From contig OZ251486.1 in NCBI GenBank assembly GCA_965242705.1, positions 64,580 to 128,579 of the forward strand: DNA of 64,000 nt, written 5' to 3'. Made by a program: the position numbers and the translations under genes. The notes under the pieces were generated by a model. That model saw nothing but the letters and a program-made list of their open reading frames with translations, ran no database searches and had not been told where the DNA came from. The stretch is from Bryobacterales bacterium (lineage in GTDB: Bacteria; Acidobacteriota; Terriglobia; Bryobacterales; UBA6623). Position 1 is the first letter of the stretch. Each line of letters starts with the position of its first letter. Shown in pieces: positions 44,701 to 55,050 of the stretch.

Positions 44701-45834
44701 ATGCGCCTGCCCGGGAAGATAACCTGCGGGGCGCTGCCGGCCGCGGCGGCGCTGCTGTTCGCGGCGGCCGGCGCCGCACGGGCGTACGAGCCGGCAGCCG
44801 TGCTGAAGTGCGGCGTGGAAACGTACGGACCGTTTCTGGATTTCGAGTTCCGCTTTTTCGCGGGATTGCAGATCGCTCTGCCGGTCAAGCATTACCGCGG
44901 ACAGAAGCCGTCGCTGGGGCTGCTGGTTACGGTGACGCCGGTCGAGGAGACGCCGGGCCGGCCGGTCGAGTTGTTCGACCGCTTCGGCGCCAAGCAGGAG
45001 GTGCCCGACGACGCCAAGGGCATGCTGATCGTCAATCCGTCGTTTTCGATAGGCGCGGGGCGCTACCGCGTGGATTGGCGGCTCGACGACGACAGCGGCG
45101 GCGCGTGCGCGGGGTCGTGGAAGCTGAAGGCCGCCTTGTCGCGCGACCAGAGAAGCGTCAATCTGGCGCTGGGGCCGGGTGAAATCGTCGAGTCCGCGGT
45201 TTCCCTGTTTCGGCCGGAACCGCCCATCGCCCGCCCGTTGCCGGCGGCGGCGCCGCGGAGATTGAAAATCTTCGTCAGCATGGACATCCGCCGGCGCCGC
45301 GGGCAGGTTGCGCGGCCGAGCCTGTTCCGACTGCATCCGCATTTCTCGACGGTCAGGCAACTTGCGCGGAGCCGGGCTTTCAATGAATTCTCGGTTGTGC
45401 TGTTCAGTTTCGAAGATCAGGAGATCGTTTACCGCCAGGATTATGCGCCGGCGATCGACTTTCAGCCGATGCGCGGGGCGATCGACAAGCTGGACCCGCA
45501 GACGGTGGACGTTGCGCAGCTTGGCAAAGGCCGCGAGATGGACTACTTCGAGAGCATGCTTTCCGTAGAGCTGCTGGCCGGGGAACCGCCGGACGCCGTT
45601 GTTTTCGTGGGACAGGAGACGCACTTCGGGCGGCAGGTTTCCGAGTTCATGCGCGGGCGGCTGCGGCGGACCGAGGCGGAGTTCGCCTTTCTCGACACGT
45701 CGCGCCTGGCGTGGAAGGGGGCCATGGGCAACGTGGTGCGGGCGGTGAAGGGGAAGGAGTATCGGCTGCGCAAGCCTTCCGACCTGTCGAAGGCGCTGCA
45801 GGCGATCGAGCGCAACCTGGACGGGGGCGGGTGA
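44701..45834 (+). CDS. secreted hypothetical protein
   Basis: 377 aa with a signal peptide ending AARAYE. No motif I can name. Confidence 0.5.
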   Translation: MRLPGKITCGALPAAAALLFAAAGAARAYEPAAVLKCGVETYGPFLDFEFRFFAGLQIALPVKHYRGQKPSLGLLVTVTPVEETPGRPVELFDRFGAKQEVPDDAKGMLIVNPSFSIGAGRYRVDWRLDDDSGGACAGSWKLKAALSRDQRSVNLALGPGEIVESAVSLFRPEPPIARPLPAAAPRRLKIFVSMDIRRRRGQVARPSLFRLHPHFSTVRQLARSRAFNEFSVVLFSFEDQEIVYRQDYAPAIDFQPMRGAIDKLDPQTVDVAQLGKGREMDYFESMLSVELLAGEPPDAVVFVGQETHFGRQVSEFMRGRLRRTEAEFAFLDTSRLAWKGAMGNVVRAVKGKEYRLRKPSDLSKALQAIERNLDGGG

Positions 45835-45867
45835 CGCGCCGGCCTATGCCGTTACCATGAAGTACCG

Positions 45868-46431
45868 GTGTCCGAGCCGATTTGCAGCCTTGCGCAGGGA
45901 GGGGTGAGCGCCAATTCTCCGCTTGCCGGAACCGAGTTCGAGGTTGCTCCGCGGGCGCGCTTGCAGATTCTCAGGCGGTACCGCCGCATTGCCATGGTGG
46001 GGCTGTCGGCGAACCCGATGCGTCCCAGTTATTTCGCCGCGGTGTATCTGCGGAATCGGGGCTACGAGGTGATTCCCGTGAACCCGCGGGCGGGGTCGAT
46101 ATTGGGGCGGCGCTGCTACGCCTCGCTGAAAGACGCGCCGGCGCCGGTCGAGGTCGTCGATATTTTCCGGCCCGCGCGTTTCGTTCCCGCGATCGTCGAA
46201 GAGGCGATCGCCGTTGGGGCGAAGGTAGTATGGATGCAGTTCGGCGTAATCCACCTGGAGGCGGCGCAGCGGGCGCGGGACGCGGGCCTGGAGGTGGTGA
46301 TGGATCAGTGCATGAAGGTCGAGCATGCGCGGTTTTTCGGCGGGTTGAACACGATGGGCTTGAACAGCGGCGTGTTGTCGGCGCGCAGCCGCGAGGCGCA
46401 CGACGGCCGCCGGGGGGCGGCGTCCCGATAG
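45868..46431 (+). CDS. CoA-binding domain protein
   Basis: 187 aa. IAMVGLSANPMRPSYF...GYEVIPVNP pattern of YccU-type CoA-binding proteins. Confidence 0.7.
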   Translation: MSEPICSLAQGGVSANSPLAGTEFEVAPRARLQILRRYRRIAMVGLSANPMRPSYFAAVYLRNRGYEVIPVNPRAGSILGRRCYASLKDAPAPVEVVDIFRPARFVPAIVEEAIAVGAKVVWMQFGVIHLEAAQRARDAGLEVVMDQCMKVEHARFFGGLNTMGLNSGVLSARSREAHDGRRGAASR

Positions 46432-46521
46432 CGCGCGGCGGCGGCTCCTTGCAAGCGGGAGAGGGTACAATGATTTGCTCGTCATTGCCGGAGAAAATAC
46501 CACTCTCCGCCCCCTGCCCCG

Positions 46522-49500
46522 ATGCTTGAAGAGTTGCAGCAGGCGTTGGCGCGGCTCGTCGATGGGCCGCTGCGCGGCGGAGCCGCGGGGCTGCTCGAAA
46601 CGCTCGGCTACCGCAGCGAGCGCACCTCGCACTTGAGCGGCGTCGCCGAATTCCTCGACGATTTCCGCGCCGAAAGATTGCCCGCCAAGCAGCGCGCCCT
46701 GTTCGATTCCTGGCGCGCCGTCGATATCGTCTTTCAGGTCACCGACGACGAGATCGCCGAGCAGACGGGGCAGGCCGCGGCGTTTTTCGACCGCGGCCGC
46801 ATCCAGTCGTTCCTGTTCCTGGCGGTCGAACTCGCCGCAGACGCCTACAACCGCACGCACTTGGCCGAGACGACCCGCGCCGTCAACCGCCTGTTGCCCA
46901 TGCCCGCCCTGGTCTTCTACCGGCACGGCGCAACGCTGACCCTGGCCGTCGTCCACCGCCGCGTTCACAAGCGCGACGCCGAGCGGGACGTGCTCGAGCG
47001 GATCACGCTGATCAAGGACATCCGTCTCGCCGACCCGCACCGCGCGCACCTCGAAATCCTCGCCGGCCTCGCCCTGCCGCGCATGCGGGAGGCGGGCGTG
47101 GGCAGCTTCGACCGGCTGCATATCGAATGGGAGCGGGCGCTCGACGTCGAGCAACTGAACCGGCGCTTCTACGGCGAGTTGTTCCGCTGGTTCGAGCGGG
47201 CGGTCAAGCAGTGCCGCTTCCCCGACGACGGCGGCGGGCAGGGCTGCAACGAGCGGCACGTCATCCGCTTGATTACCCGCCTGCTGTTCATCTGGTTTCT
47301 CAAGGAGAAAGGCTTGGTTCCCGCCGATCTTTTCGAGGAGGATTTCGCCGGCGGCGCGCTGAAGCGCTGCGAACCGGCGGAGAGCGGCTACTACCGCGCC
47401 GTGCTGCAGAACCTGTTCTTCGCCACGCTGAACACGGCGATCGACCGCCGCGCCTTCAGTACGCGGGACAAGCGCGTCCACCGCGACTTCAACAAATACC
47501 GCTGCCGCGCTCTTTTGGCCGACCCCGAGGGCTTCCTGGCCAAGCTGCGCGCCGTGCCCTTCGTCAACGGCGGCCTGTTCGAGTGCCTCGACGACTTCGA
47601 GGGGCAAGGCGCCGGCGGGCGGCGCATCGACGCCTTCACCGACAACCCGGCGCAGCACAGGGATCTGAGCGTGCCGGCAAGCCTGTTCTTCGACGCCGAA
47701 GGCCTGTTCCCCTTGCTGCGCCGCTACAAGTTCACCGTGGAGGAAAACACGCCGCTCGACCGCGAGATCGCGCTCGACCCGGAGTTGCTGGGGCGCGTCT
47801 TCGAGAACTTGCTGGCCGCCTACAACCCCGAGACGCAGCAAACGGCGCGCAAGGCCACCGGCTCGTACTACACGCCGCGGCATATCGTTGACTACATGGT
47901 CGATGAGGCGCTGACCGCGGCGCTGGCGGCGAAAGCCCGCCCCGCCGATCACGGGCAGGAGGGCTCGGCTGCGTTCTGGCGCGAGCGGCTGCGCTACCTG
48001 CTCGATTACGAGGACGCTTTCGACGACGCCGCGGAACTGTTCGACGCGGGGGAAACCGAGTCCGTGGTGCGCGCCGTGGCCGAGTTGCGCATACTCGATC
48101 CGGCGGTCGGATCGGGCGCCTTTCCCATGGGCGTACTGCACAAGCTGACCCTGACGCTGCGCCGCCTCGACCCGCACAACGCGCTCTGGGAAAGAATCCA
48201 GAAGGAACAGGCGGGGCGCAAGGCGGGCGAGGCGTTCGAGGCGGCGAACATCCGCGCGCGGGACGAGGAACTGCTCGACATCAGCCGCATCTTCGAGATT
48301 TACCGGGATTCGGATTTCGGGCGCAAGCTGTATCTGATGCAGAACGGCATCTTCGGCGTGGACATCCAGCCGGTGGCCTGCCAGATCGCCAAGCTGCGTT
48401 TCTTCATCTCGCTGGTCGTTGAGCAGCGGACGAACGACGACGCGCAAGACAATTACGGCATACGTCCGCTGCCCAATCTGGAGACGCGCTTCGTGGCCGC
48501 CGACGCGCTGATCGGGCTGGGATCGCGGAAGCGGGAGAACGGAGTCCTGGGCAGCGGCGACGTCGAACGGTTGGAAGACCACCTGCGGCGGGTGCGCGAA
48601 CGCTACTTCAACGCGCGCACGCGGGCAACGAAGCTGAAGCTGCGCAAGCAGGACGCGGAGTTGCGCGCCGCGTTGGCGGAGGCGCTGCAAGACTTGTGGC
48701 GGCGCGGCCCGGAGACGACCCGCGCCGTGGCCGACTGGGACCCCTACGACCAGAACGCCCGCGCCGCCTGGTTCGATGCCGAATGGATGTTCGGCGTCAC
48801 CAAGGGTTTCGACGTGGTCATCGGCAACCCGCCCTACGTGCGCGGCGAGAAGATTGAAGGCAAGGCGAAGCTGCGCGCCGCGTTCGGGGATTTCTACCGC
48901 GGGACGGCCGACATCTACACCTACTTTTTCAGGAGAGGCGTGGAGTTGCTGGCCGGGGACGGGCTGCTCTGCTTCATTACCTCGAACAAGTTCATGAGGG
49001 CGGGCTACGGGGAGCCGCTGCGGGCTTTTCTGAAGCGGGAGGCGCCGCCGATTTCCCTGCTCGACTTGGGGCATACCGGGGCTTTCGACGCCACGGTTCG
49101 CCCGGCGGTCATGCTGACGGCCAGGAACGGCGGCCGGGAAACTTTGCGCGCCGCCGCCGTACGGGACAGGGGCAGAGTGACGGACTTGGGCGGCTTCATG
49201 GAGAAGAACGGCTTTGCGCTGCCGGTCGCCGCCCTGCCGGACAAGGGCTGGTCATTGGTGGAGCCGGCGCTGCTGCGCCTGCGGGACAAGATCGAGGCCG
49301 CCGGGGAGCCGCTCGGCGAGTATGCGGAGCATGGGCTTTACCGCGGCATCATTACGGGCTTGAACGATGCTTTCGTCATCGACGAAGAGACGCGCGAGCG
49401 GCTGATCGCCGAAGACCCGAAAAGCGAAGAGCTCATCAAACCGTGGCTGCGCGGTCGGGACGTTCGCCGCTGGCTCGTGAATTGGGCGGGCCTGCATGTG

Positions 49501-50100
49501 ATTTTCACGCGCCAAGGTACGAACATCGAACGCTACCCCGCCATCAAGCGGCATCTGCAGCAATTTCGCGCCGATTTGGAGCCGAAAACCGGTCGCGGCG
49601 CCAAGCAGGGGCGGGCTCCGGGCAGTTACAAGTGGTTCGAGATTCAGGCCGCCATTGCCTATCACGAGGCATTCAATCGACCGCGGATCGTCTATCCCGA
49701 CATCGGAACGGAAATGCGGGCGGCGCTCGACCGAAAAAGCAGGTTGATGGGCAACACGTGTTACATGATTCCCGGCGATGACGGTTACCTTCTCGCTCTG
49801 TTGAACTCAAAGCTCATGGACGTCTATTTCCGCCTTGTCATGCCCTGCCTGGACGATCCGTTCAGCGGCGGAGACATGAGATTTTTTCGCGCCGACATGG
49901 AGCGCGCGCCCATCGCCTTGGCGAAATCGAAAACGAAACGGCGCTTGGCCGGTCTCGCCAACCGAATCCAGGATGCGCAGCAAGCCGACCCCGGCGCCGA
50001 CACAACCGCCGACGAGCGCGAACTCAACCGCATCGTGTACGACCTCTACAACCTCGACGCAACCGACGCCGCCCTGATCGAGCGGAACGCCCGGCACTGA
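46522..50100 (+). CDS. large Eco57I/PglX-like gamma-class N6-adenine DNA methyltransferase (type IIG/IIL-like), solitary
   Basis: 1192 aa. TGSYYTPRHIVDYMVDE, ILDPAVGSGAF (motif I) and VIGNPPYVRGEK (motif IV NPPY). Long N- and C-terminal extensions. Confidence 0.8.
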   Translation: MLEELQQALARLVDGPLRGGAAGLLETLGYRSERTSHLSGVAEFLDDFRAERLPAKQRALFDSWRAVDIVFQVTDDEIAEQTGQAAAFFDRGRIQSFLFLAVELAADAYNRTHLAETTRAVNRLLPMPALVFYRHGATLTLAVVHRRVHKRDAERDVLERITLIKDIRLADPHRAHLEILAGLALPRMREAGVGSFDRLHIEWERALDVEQLNRRFYGELFRWFERAVKQCRFPDDGGGQGCNERHVIRLITRLLFIWFLKEKGLVPADLFEEDFAGGALKRCEPAESGYYRAVLQNLFFATLNTAIDRRAFSTRDKRVHRDFNKYRCRALLADPEGFLAKLRAVPFVNGGLFECLDDFEGQGAGGRRIDAFTDNPAQHRDLSVPASLFFDAEGLFPLLRRYKFTVEENTPLDREIALDPELLGRVFENLLAAYNPETQQTARKATGSYYTPRHIVDYMVDEALTAALAAKARPADHGQEGSAAFWRERLRYLLDYEDAFDDAAELFDAGETESVVRAVAELRILDPAVGSGAFPMGVLHKLTLTLRRLDPHNALWERIQKEQAGRKAGEAFEAANIRARDEELLDISRIFEIYRDSDFGRKLYLMQNGIFGVDIQPVACQIAKLRFFISLVVEQRTNDDAQDNYGIRPLPNLETRFVAADALIGLGSRKRENGVLGSGDVERLEDHLRRVRERYFNARTRATKLKLRKQDAELRAALAEALQDLWRRGPETTRAVADWDPYDQNARAAWFDAEWMFGVTKGFDVVIGNPPYVRGEKIEGKAKLRAAFGDFYRGTADIYTYFFRRGVELLAGDGLLCFITSNKFMRAGYGEPLRAFLKREAPPISLLDLGHTGAFDATVRPAVMLTARNGGRETLRAAAVRDRGRVTDLGGFMEKNGFALPVAALPDKGWSLVEPALLRLRDKIEAAGEPLGEYAEHGLYRGIITGLNDAFVIDEETRERLIAEDPKSEELIKPWLRGRDVRRWLVNWAGLHVIFTRQGTNIERYPAIKRHLQQFRADLEPKTGRGAKQGRAPGSYKWFEIQAAIAYHEAFNRPRIVYPDIGTEMRAALDRKSRLMGNTCYMIPGDDGYLLALLNSKLMDVYFRLVMPCLDDPFSGGDMRFFRADMERAPIALAKSKTKRRLAGLANRIQDAQQADPGADTTADERELNRIVYDLYNLDATDAALIERNARH

Positions 50101-50255
50101 GCGGCGAGGCGGGCGGCAAGCAATTGGAATTCCGGCTGTTCGCTTCCGCGAATTGATGAGCAGGCGCATGTCGCAGTGGCGCAGGCGCCGCGACGCGCTC
50201 AACCGGGCGCCGCTCGCGCATGCCGACTGGCGCTATGGAAGCGCAGCGGGCGCGG

Positions 50256-51674
50256 TCAGACGCGGAAGGCGCGCAACAAGCGGCGGCCGGCGAAGAAGGT
50301 CAGGAAAAACATGGCGAAGCCGGGCAGGCTGGCGGCGGCGTAGTCGCCGAGGCCCAGCTTGTCCCAGGCGACCACGGTAAGGAAGCCGACCGCGGAGGTC
50401 GCGATCGCGCCGGTTTCCGAAATGTTCGCGTTGACGATGCGCAGGATAATCAATCCGCCGATGGAAACGCCCAGGCCGGTATAGGCGAAGATCACCAGCG
50501 TGAAGATGTTGTCGCCGGCGAACAGGGCCAGCAGAGCGGCCGCGGCGGTCACGCTCAGGGTGCCGATTTTGGCGCCCCACAGCGAATCGCTGGGCGGCTC
50601 GGGCATATCGCGCATCAACGAGGCCGAGCAGCTCAGGATTTGCGAATCGGCCGTGGAGAGCGCAGCCGAGAACACGCCGGCCAGAACGAAACCGGTGGCG
50701 ACGGCGGGCAGCATTTCGCGGGACGACAGCAACAAGGCCAACTCCGGGTCGAACTCGTCGACGTCTTGCAGGATGACCCGCGTACACAAACCCGCCAGAG
50801 TGAACAGGATGGAAAAGAAGGCCTCGAAGCCGTAGCAAGCGCGCACGAACTTCTTGATGTCGCCGCCTTCCTTGACGGCCATGGCGCGGATCAGAATATG
50901 CGGCTGCCCGATCACGCAGCAGCCCACGGTGCAATAGCCCAGCAGAAACAGCGCCAAGCCGGAAAACCCGCCGATGGACATGTTTTGCGGGAACCAGGCC
51001 GTCTGATTGGCGTCGGTCGCCGTTTGCGCGAAGCGCTCGACAAGGTTGGCCGCGCCGCCCGATTCCACGACGGTCATCGCCAGGATGACCACCACGCTCA
51101 GGATCATCAGCAGGCTTTGCACCACGTCGGTCCACATCGAAGCCCGGATGCCGCCCGACCAGCAATAGAAAGCGATGGCCGCCACGCTCAGGCCCACGCC
51201 GACCAACGGCGAGTAGCCCAGAGCCACTTCCAGAGACTTGCCGCAGGTCTTCAGTTGCGCCGCGGCGTAGAAACAGAGGAAGAAAAGCGTAATGAAGCCG
51301 ATGAAGCGCCGCAGCCAGAAGCGGTTTTCGCCGTGCCAAAACGTAATCAGTTCGGCGATGCTCAGCGCCCATCCGCCTATGTTCATGGCCTGCAGGCGCG
51401 TGGTAATCAGGGCGTAAACGGAAAAATACCCGCTGAGCAGGCCGATGGAATACCAGATCACGCCCAGTCCCTGGGTATAGGCCACCCCCATGAACGCCGT
51501 GAACATGAACCCGCTGTACCCCGAGGCCGCGCTCGACAGCGCCAGAACGTAGGGGGAAATGGTCTGATTGGCCAGGAAGTAGTCCGTCTCGGAGCCGCGG
51601 CTCTTGCGCGACGCCCAAATGCCGATGGGCACGGTAACGCCCACGAAAAAGAGCAGAAAACTGGCTTCAATCAT
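50256..51674 (-). CDS. sodium:solute symporter family transporter
   Basis: 472 aa, polytopic, with SGGIRASMWTDVVQ typical of the SSF family. Confidence 0.8.
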   Translation of the reverse strand: MIEASFLLFFVGVTVPIGIWASRKSRGSETDYFLANQTISPYVLALSSAASGYSGFMFTAFMGVAYTQGLGVIWYSIGLLSGYFSVYALITTRLQAMNIGGWALSIAELITFWHGENRFWLRRFIGFITLFFLCFYAAAQLKTCGKSLEVALGYSPLVGVGLSVAAIAFYCWSGGIRASMWTDVVQSLLMILSVVVILAMTVVESGGAANLVERFAQTATDANQTAWFPQNMSIGGFSGLALFLLGYCTVGCCVIGQPHILIRAMAVKEGGDIKKFVRACYGFEAFFSILFTLAGLCTRVILQDVDEFDPELALLLSSREMLPAVATGFVLAGVFSAALSTADSQILSCSASLMRDMPEPPSDSLWGAKIGTLSVTAAAALLALFAGDNIFTLVIFAYTGLGVSIGGLIILRIVNANISETGAIATSAVGFLTVVAWDKLGLGDYAAASLPGFAMFFLTFFAGRRLLRAFRV

Positions 51675-51765
51675 GCGTTCCCCCGAGAGCTTGCCGCCGC
51701 GCGGAGCGCTGCCCCGACAAGGCGAATATAGCAGAGATCGGGGCTTGCCCCCGGCGCCGCGGGCC

Positions 51766-53109
51766 TCAGCGCCATTCGACGGTCATGCGCAGGCCGCCGC
51801 GCGGACGCAGGGTAATCAGCGCCTCCGGCTCGACCGTTTGACCGGGAACCATTCGCAGCCTGCATTGCCGCGCGGCCGCGGCCAGGATGCAGACCGCTTC
51901 CAGCGCGGCGAACCCGGTGCCGATGCACTTCCGCGGCCCTCCGCCGAAGGGATAGTAGGCGAAAGGCGCCGGCCCGCCGTGGTCGTCGAGGAATCTGCGC
52001 GGGTCGAACTTTTCCGGCTCGGGCCAGCAATCGGGCAGGCGATGGGTGTCGTAAATGGAAATCGACACGATCTCCCGCTTGCTGACGGTGTAGCCGCCGA
52101 TGACGTCTTCCTCGATCGCCGAGCGTGAAACGAGCCAGGCCGGCGGGTACAGGCGCATGGACTCCTGCAGCACGGCGCGGCACCAGTTCAGACGCGCCGC
52201 GGACGCCGCGGTCAGCGCCTCCCCGTCCAACACGCGGTCAACCTCGTCTTCGACTGCGCGCGCGGCTTCGGGGTGCTCGGAGAGCAGGTAGAACGTCCAA
52301 CTCAAAGCGTTCGCGGTCGTCTCGTGGCCGGCGAGCAGCAAGGTGGTTACTTCGTCCTGCAACTGCGTCTCGCTCATGGCGCGGCCGCTTTCTTCGTCCC
52401 GCGCGTCCAGCAGCTTCGACAGCAGATCGTCGCCGGGGGGCCTCTGCCGGCGCTCGGCAATCAGCTTGGCGACAACCGCATGCAGCCGCCGGCGGGCTTC
52501 ATTCACGGGGCGCTTCTCCGGCATGGACAAAAAGCCCAGCCTGGTTGACAACGAGCCGAGGCGCTCCAATGCCCGGCGGCTGAGAACGTGGAAGGCATCG
52601 CCGATTTCAGTTGCCGACTCGCCGGCGTCGACGCCGAACAACGACTGCGCGGCGACCTCGAGCGTCAGCCGCGCCATATCGCGGCATACGTCGCGGGCGC
52701 CGCCGCCCGCCCGGCGCCAGCCTGCGAGCATCGCTTCCGCGCGCGCGGCCATAAGGGGCGCCAGCGCTTCCACGCGCTCCTTTTGGAACGCCGGCTGGAT
52801 GGCCTGCCGCTGCCTGCGCCAGAGATCGCCGTTGCTCGTCAGCAGGCCGTTGCCGACGATCGGCTTCAGAACGCGGTAATGCACGTTGTCTTTGTCGTAG
52901 TTGACATGATTGTCCCGCAGCACGCGCCAGGCATGTTCGGGACGGCGCAGCAAATAGCCCGACGTCGTTCCCAATCGAATCCGCACGACATCGCCGTAGC
53001 GATCATGCAGGACGCGGCGAAAGGCGAGCGGATCGCGCCGCAGTTGCTTCAGCAGCCGCAGCGTCTCGTGCCAAGCCGGCCCCGGAGCCTGCTTTCCGCC
53101 GCGCGGCAC
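51766..53109 (-). CDS. cytochrome P450
   Basis: 447 aa. Heme loop FGGGPRKCIGTGFA, EXXR (ESMR) and AGHETT. Confidence 0.9.
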   Translation of the reverse strand: MPRGGKQAPGPAWHETLRLLKQLRRDPLAFRRVLHDRYGDVVRIRLGTTSGYLLRRPEHAWRVLRDNHVNYDKDNVHYRVLKPIVGNGLLTSNGDLWRRQRQAIQPAFQKERVEALAPLMAARAEAMLAGWRRAGGGARDVCRDMARLTLEVAAQSLFGVDAGESATEIGDAFHVLSRRALERLGSLSTRLGFLSMPEKRPVNEARRRLHAVVAKLIAERRQRPPGDDLLSKLLDARDEESGRAMSETQLQDEVTTLLLAGHETTANALSWTFYLLSEHPEAARAVEDEVDRVLDGEALTAASAARLNWCRAVLQESMRLYPPAWLVSRSAIEEDVIGGYTVSKREIVSISIYDTHRLPDCWPEPEKFDPRRFLDDHGGPAPFAYYPFGGGPRKCIGTGFAALEAVCILAAAARQCRLRMVPGQTVEPEALITLRPRGGLRMTVEWR

Positions 53110-53110
53110 G

Positions 53111-55024
53111 TTACGAGCCGCTCTTGAGAAACTCCAGGAACTCGGCGGTGTCGCGCGTTTGCCCGGAGAAGGTTCCCGCCGGCGTCCCGTCGGGGCGCAG
53201 CACGGCGTAGAAAGGAATCGTCGAGGAGTTGAAGCGGGAAATTTGCAGTTCCTGATGCGCCTCGCTGCCGGCGTCCAGACCGTCGGTATAGAGTTCCGCC
53301 AACACCAGGTCTTCCAGCGCCGCCGCGATCTCGGGCCGGGTGAACATGTTGGCCTTCATCCATTTGCAGTTCGTGCAGGCGTATCCGGTGAAGTTCACCA
53401 GCAGCGGTTTCCCGCTCGCCGCCGACTCGGCGAGCGCGCCCTCGAAATCGTCCTTGATCCACTTGGCGGCCGGATTCCCGCCGCCGGAGGCGAAGAATCC
53501 CGACTGCGCGGCCTCGGGCACATAGGCGTCGATCTCGCCGAGCCTGCCGCCGAACATGCCGGGAATCAGGCTCAGGGCGAAGACCGCGAACGCGGCGCCG
53601 GAGCCCAGCCGGACCAGGCCGACGCCCTCGGTCGGGCCGTCTTCGCTGAGCCGCACCACGCCCCACAGATACAGTGCGGCCAAGATGAACAGCGCAATCC
53701 AGGCCGACAGGAAACGCTCCCGGGTGAGCAGGTTCCAGCCGAACGCCTGATCGGCCGTACTGAGGTACTTCAAGCCGACGGCCAGGATGACCAGCCCCAT
53801 CGTGCGCTTGGTGACGGCAAGCCAGCCGCCGCTGCGCGGCAGTTTGCCCATCATCGCCGGAAACAGGGCAATGGCGAAAAACGGCGCCGCCAAGCCGACG
53901 GAAAACAGGAACATGCCGAACACGGGATAAACGATGCTGCCGCTCGACAGCGACCCGGCCAGCAGCGAACCCACGAACGGCCCCGTACAGGCGAACGAAG
54001 CCAGCGTAAACACCAGGCTCAACATCAGAGTGGAGGCCGCTCCCGCCCCCGCCGCGCGCCGGTTGGCGGCGGTCATGACGCCGCTGGGCACGACGATTTC
54101 GAACGCCCCCAACATACTCGCCGCGAAGGCGAAAAACACCAGGGCGATCAGCAAATTGACCCAGACGTTGGCGCCGAGTTGACTCATGCCGAAAGGCCCG
54201 GCGACCGCCGAAACCGCCGCGCCGAGCGCGGTGAAAAAGAAGACCACGCCGAGACAAAACAACCCCGCTTGGCGCATCGCCGCGCCGTGCGAAGTTTCTT
54301 CGCCGCCCAGAAACGAGCCCATGTAGATCGGAATCATGGGGAAAACGCACGGGGTCAGAATGGCCAGCAGGCCGAAGCTCAGCGCCACCAGGGCGAAGCC
54401 GAACAACCCTTGTTCGGCGCCGGCCGTCCGGCCGTACGCTGCGCCGTAGGCCGCGGCGGGCGGCGGCTGCGCCGCGGGCGCCGACGCGGCGAAAAGCTTC
54501 ATCGGCTGGTAGTTTTCGGGGACGGCCGCCGCCCGCCCGCCCGCGCCGGGCGCAACCGTGACGACCGCCGCCGCCGTCTTGCGCTTCGGCGGCAGGCATT
54601 GCCGGTCGTCGCATGCGCCGTAACGCACCCGGGCTTCGATGCGCTGTTCGCCCGCCGCGCCCTCGGCCAACTCGATTTCGACGAAAAACTCGACCGAGTG
54701 CTCGTACCACTCGCTGTTCATCTGGAAGTTCGGGTCGAAGACGACCGCCGGCTCGGGCTGGTGCGCCCGCCAGGACGCTACGGCCGGCGAGTCGGCGATC
54801 TGCAAGTCGAGCGCGATCGGTTTCCCCTGCGGCGTCGTCGAGGAATACAGGTGCCAGCCGTCGTCGATGGATGCCGTCAGGCGGGCCGCGGCGCGCCCGC
54901 CAGGCGCGGCTTGCGCGGGGTCGAGCGCGAGCGACCACTGCACGGGGTCGAGCGCCTGCGCGGCCGCCGTCGTCAGAAACGCAAGCGAACACGCAAGCAG
55001 CCGCAAGCTACGCATCGTTGTCAT
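53111..55024 (-). CDS. dsbD: thiol:disulfide interchange protein DsbD-like
   Basis: 637 aa. Signal peptide, central CcdA-type TM core (LTPCVFPMIP) and a C-terminal thioredoxin CTNC. Confidence 0.8.
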   Translation of the reverse strand: MTTMRSLRLLACSLAFLTTAAAQALDPVQWSLALDPAQAAPGGRAAARLTASIDDGWHLYSSTTPQGKPIALDLQIADSPAVASWRAHQPEPAVVFDPNFQMNSEWYEHSVEFFVEIELAEGAAGEQRIEARVRYGACDDRQCLPPKRKTAAAVVTVAPGAGGRAAAVPENYQPMKLFAASAPAAQPPPAAAYGAAYGRTAGAEQGLFGFALVALSFGLLAILTPCVFPMIPIYMGSFLGGEETSHGAAMRQAGLFCLGVVFFFTALGAAVSAVAGPFGMSQLGANVWVNLLIALVFFAFAASMLGAFEIVVPSGVMTAANRRAAGAGAASTLMLSLVFTLASFACTGPFVGSLLAGSLSSGSIVYPVFGMFLFSVGLAAPFFAIALFPAMMGKLPRSGGWLAVTKRTMGLVILAVGLKYLSTADQAFGWNLLTRERFLSAWIALFILAALYLWGVVRLSEDGPTEGVGLVRLGSGAAFAVFALSLIPGMFGGRLGEIDAYVPEAAQSGFFASGGGNPAAKWIKDDFEGALAESAASGKPLLVNFTGYACTNCKWMKANMFTRPEIAAALEDLVLAELYTDGLDAGSEAHQELQISRFNSSTIPFYAVLRPDGTPAGTFSGQTRDTAEFLEFLKSGS

Positions 55025-55050
55025 GCCCTTTCAATTCGACCCGCCGCCGG

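Noticed and set aside
7189-50100. DISARM-like interpretation (PLD nuclease, helicase, SNF2 helicase, adenine methyltransferase all present in the window).
   Set aside because: The components lie in three separate operons up to 40 kb apart. No DUF1998 (DrmB) protein was seen. The PLD and SNF2 genes are each tightly coupled to PT-type genes instead.
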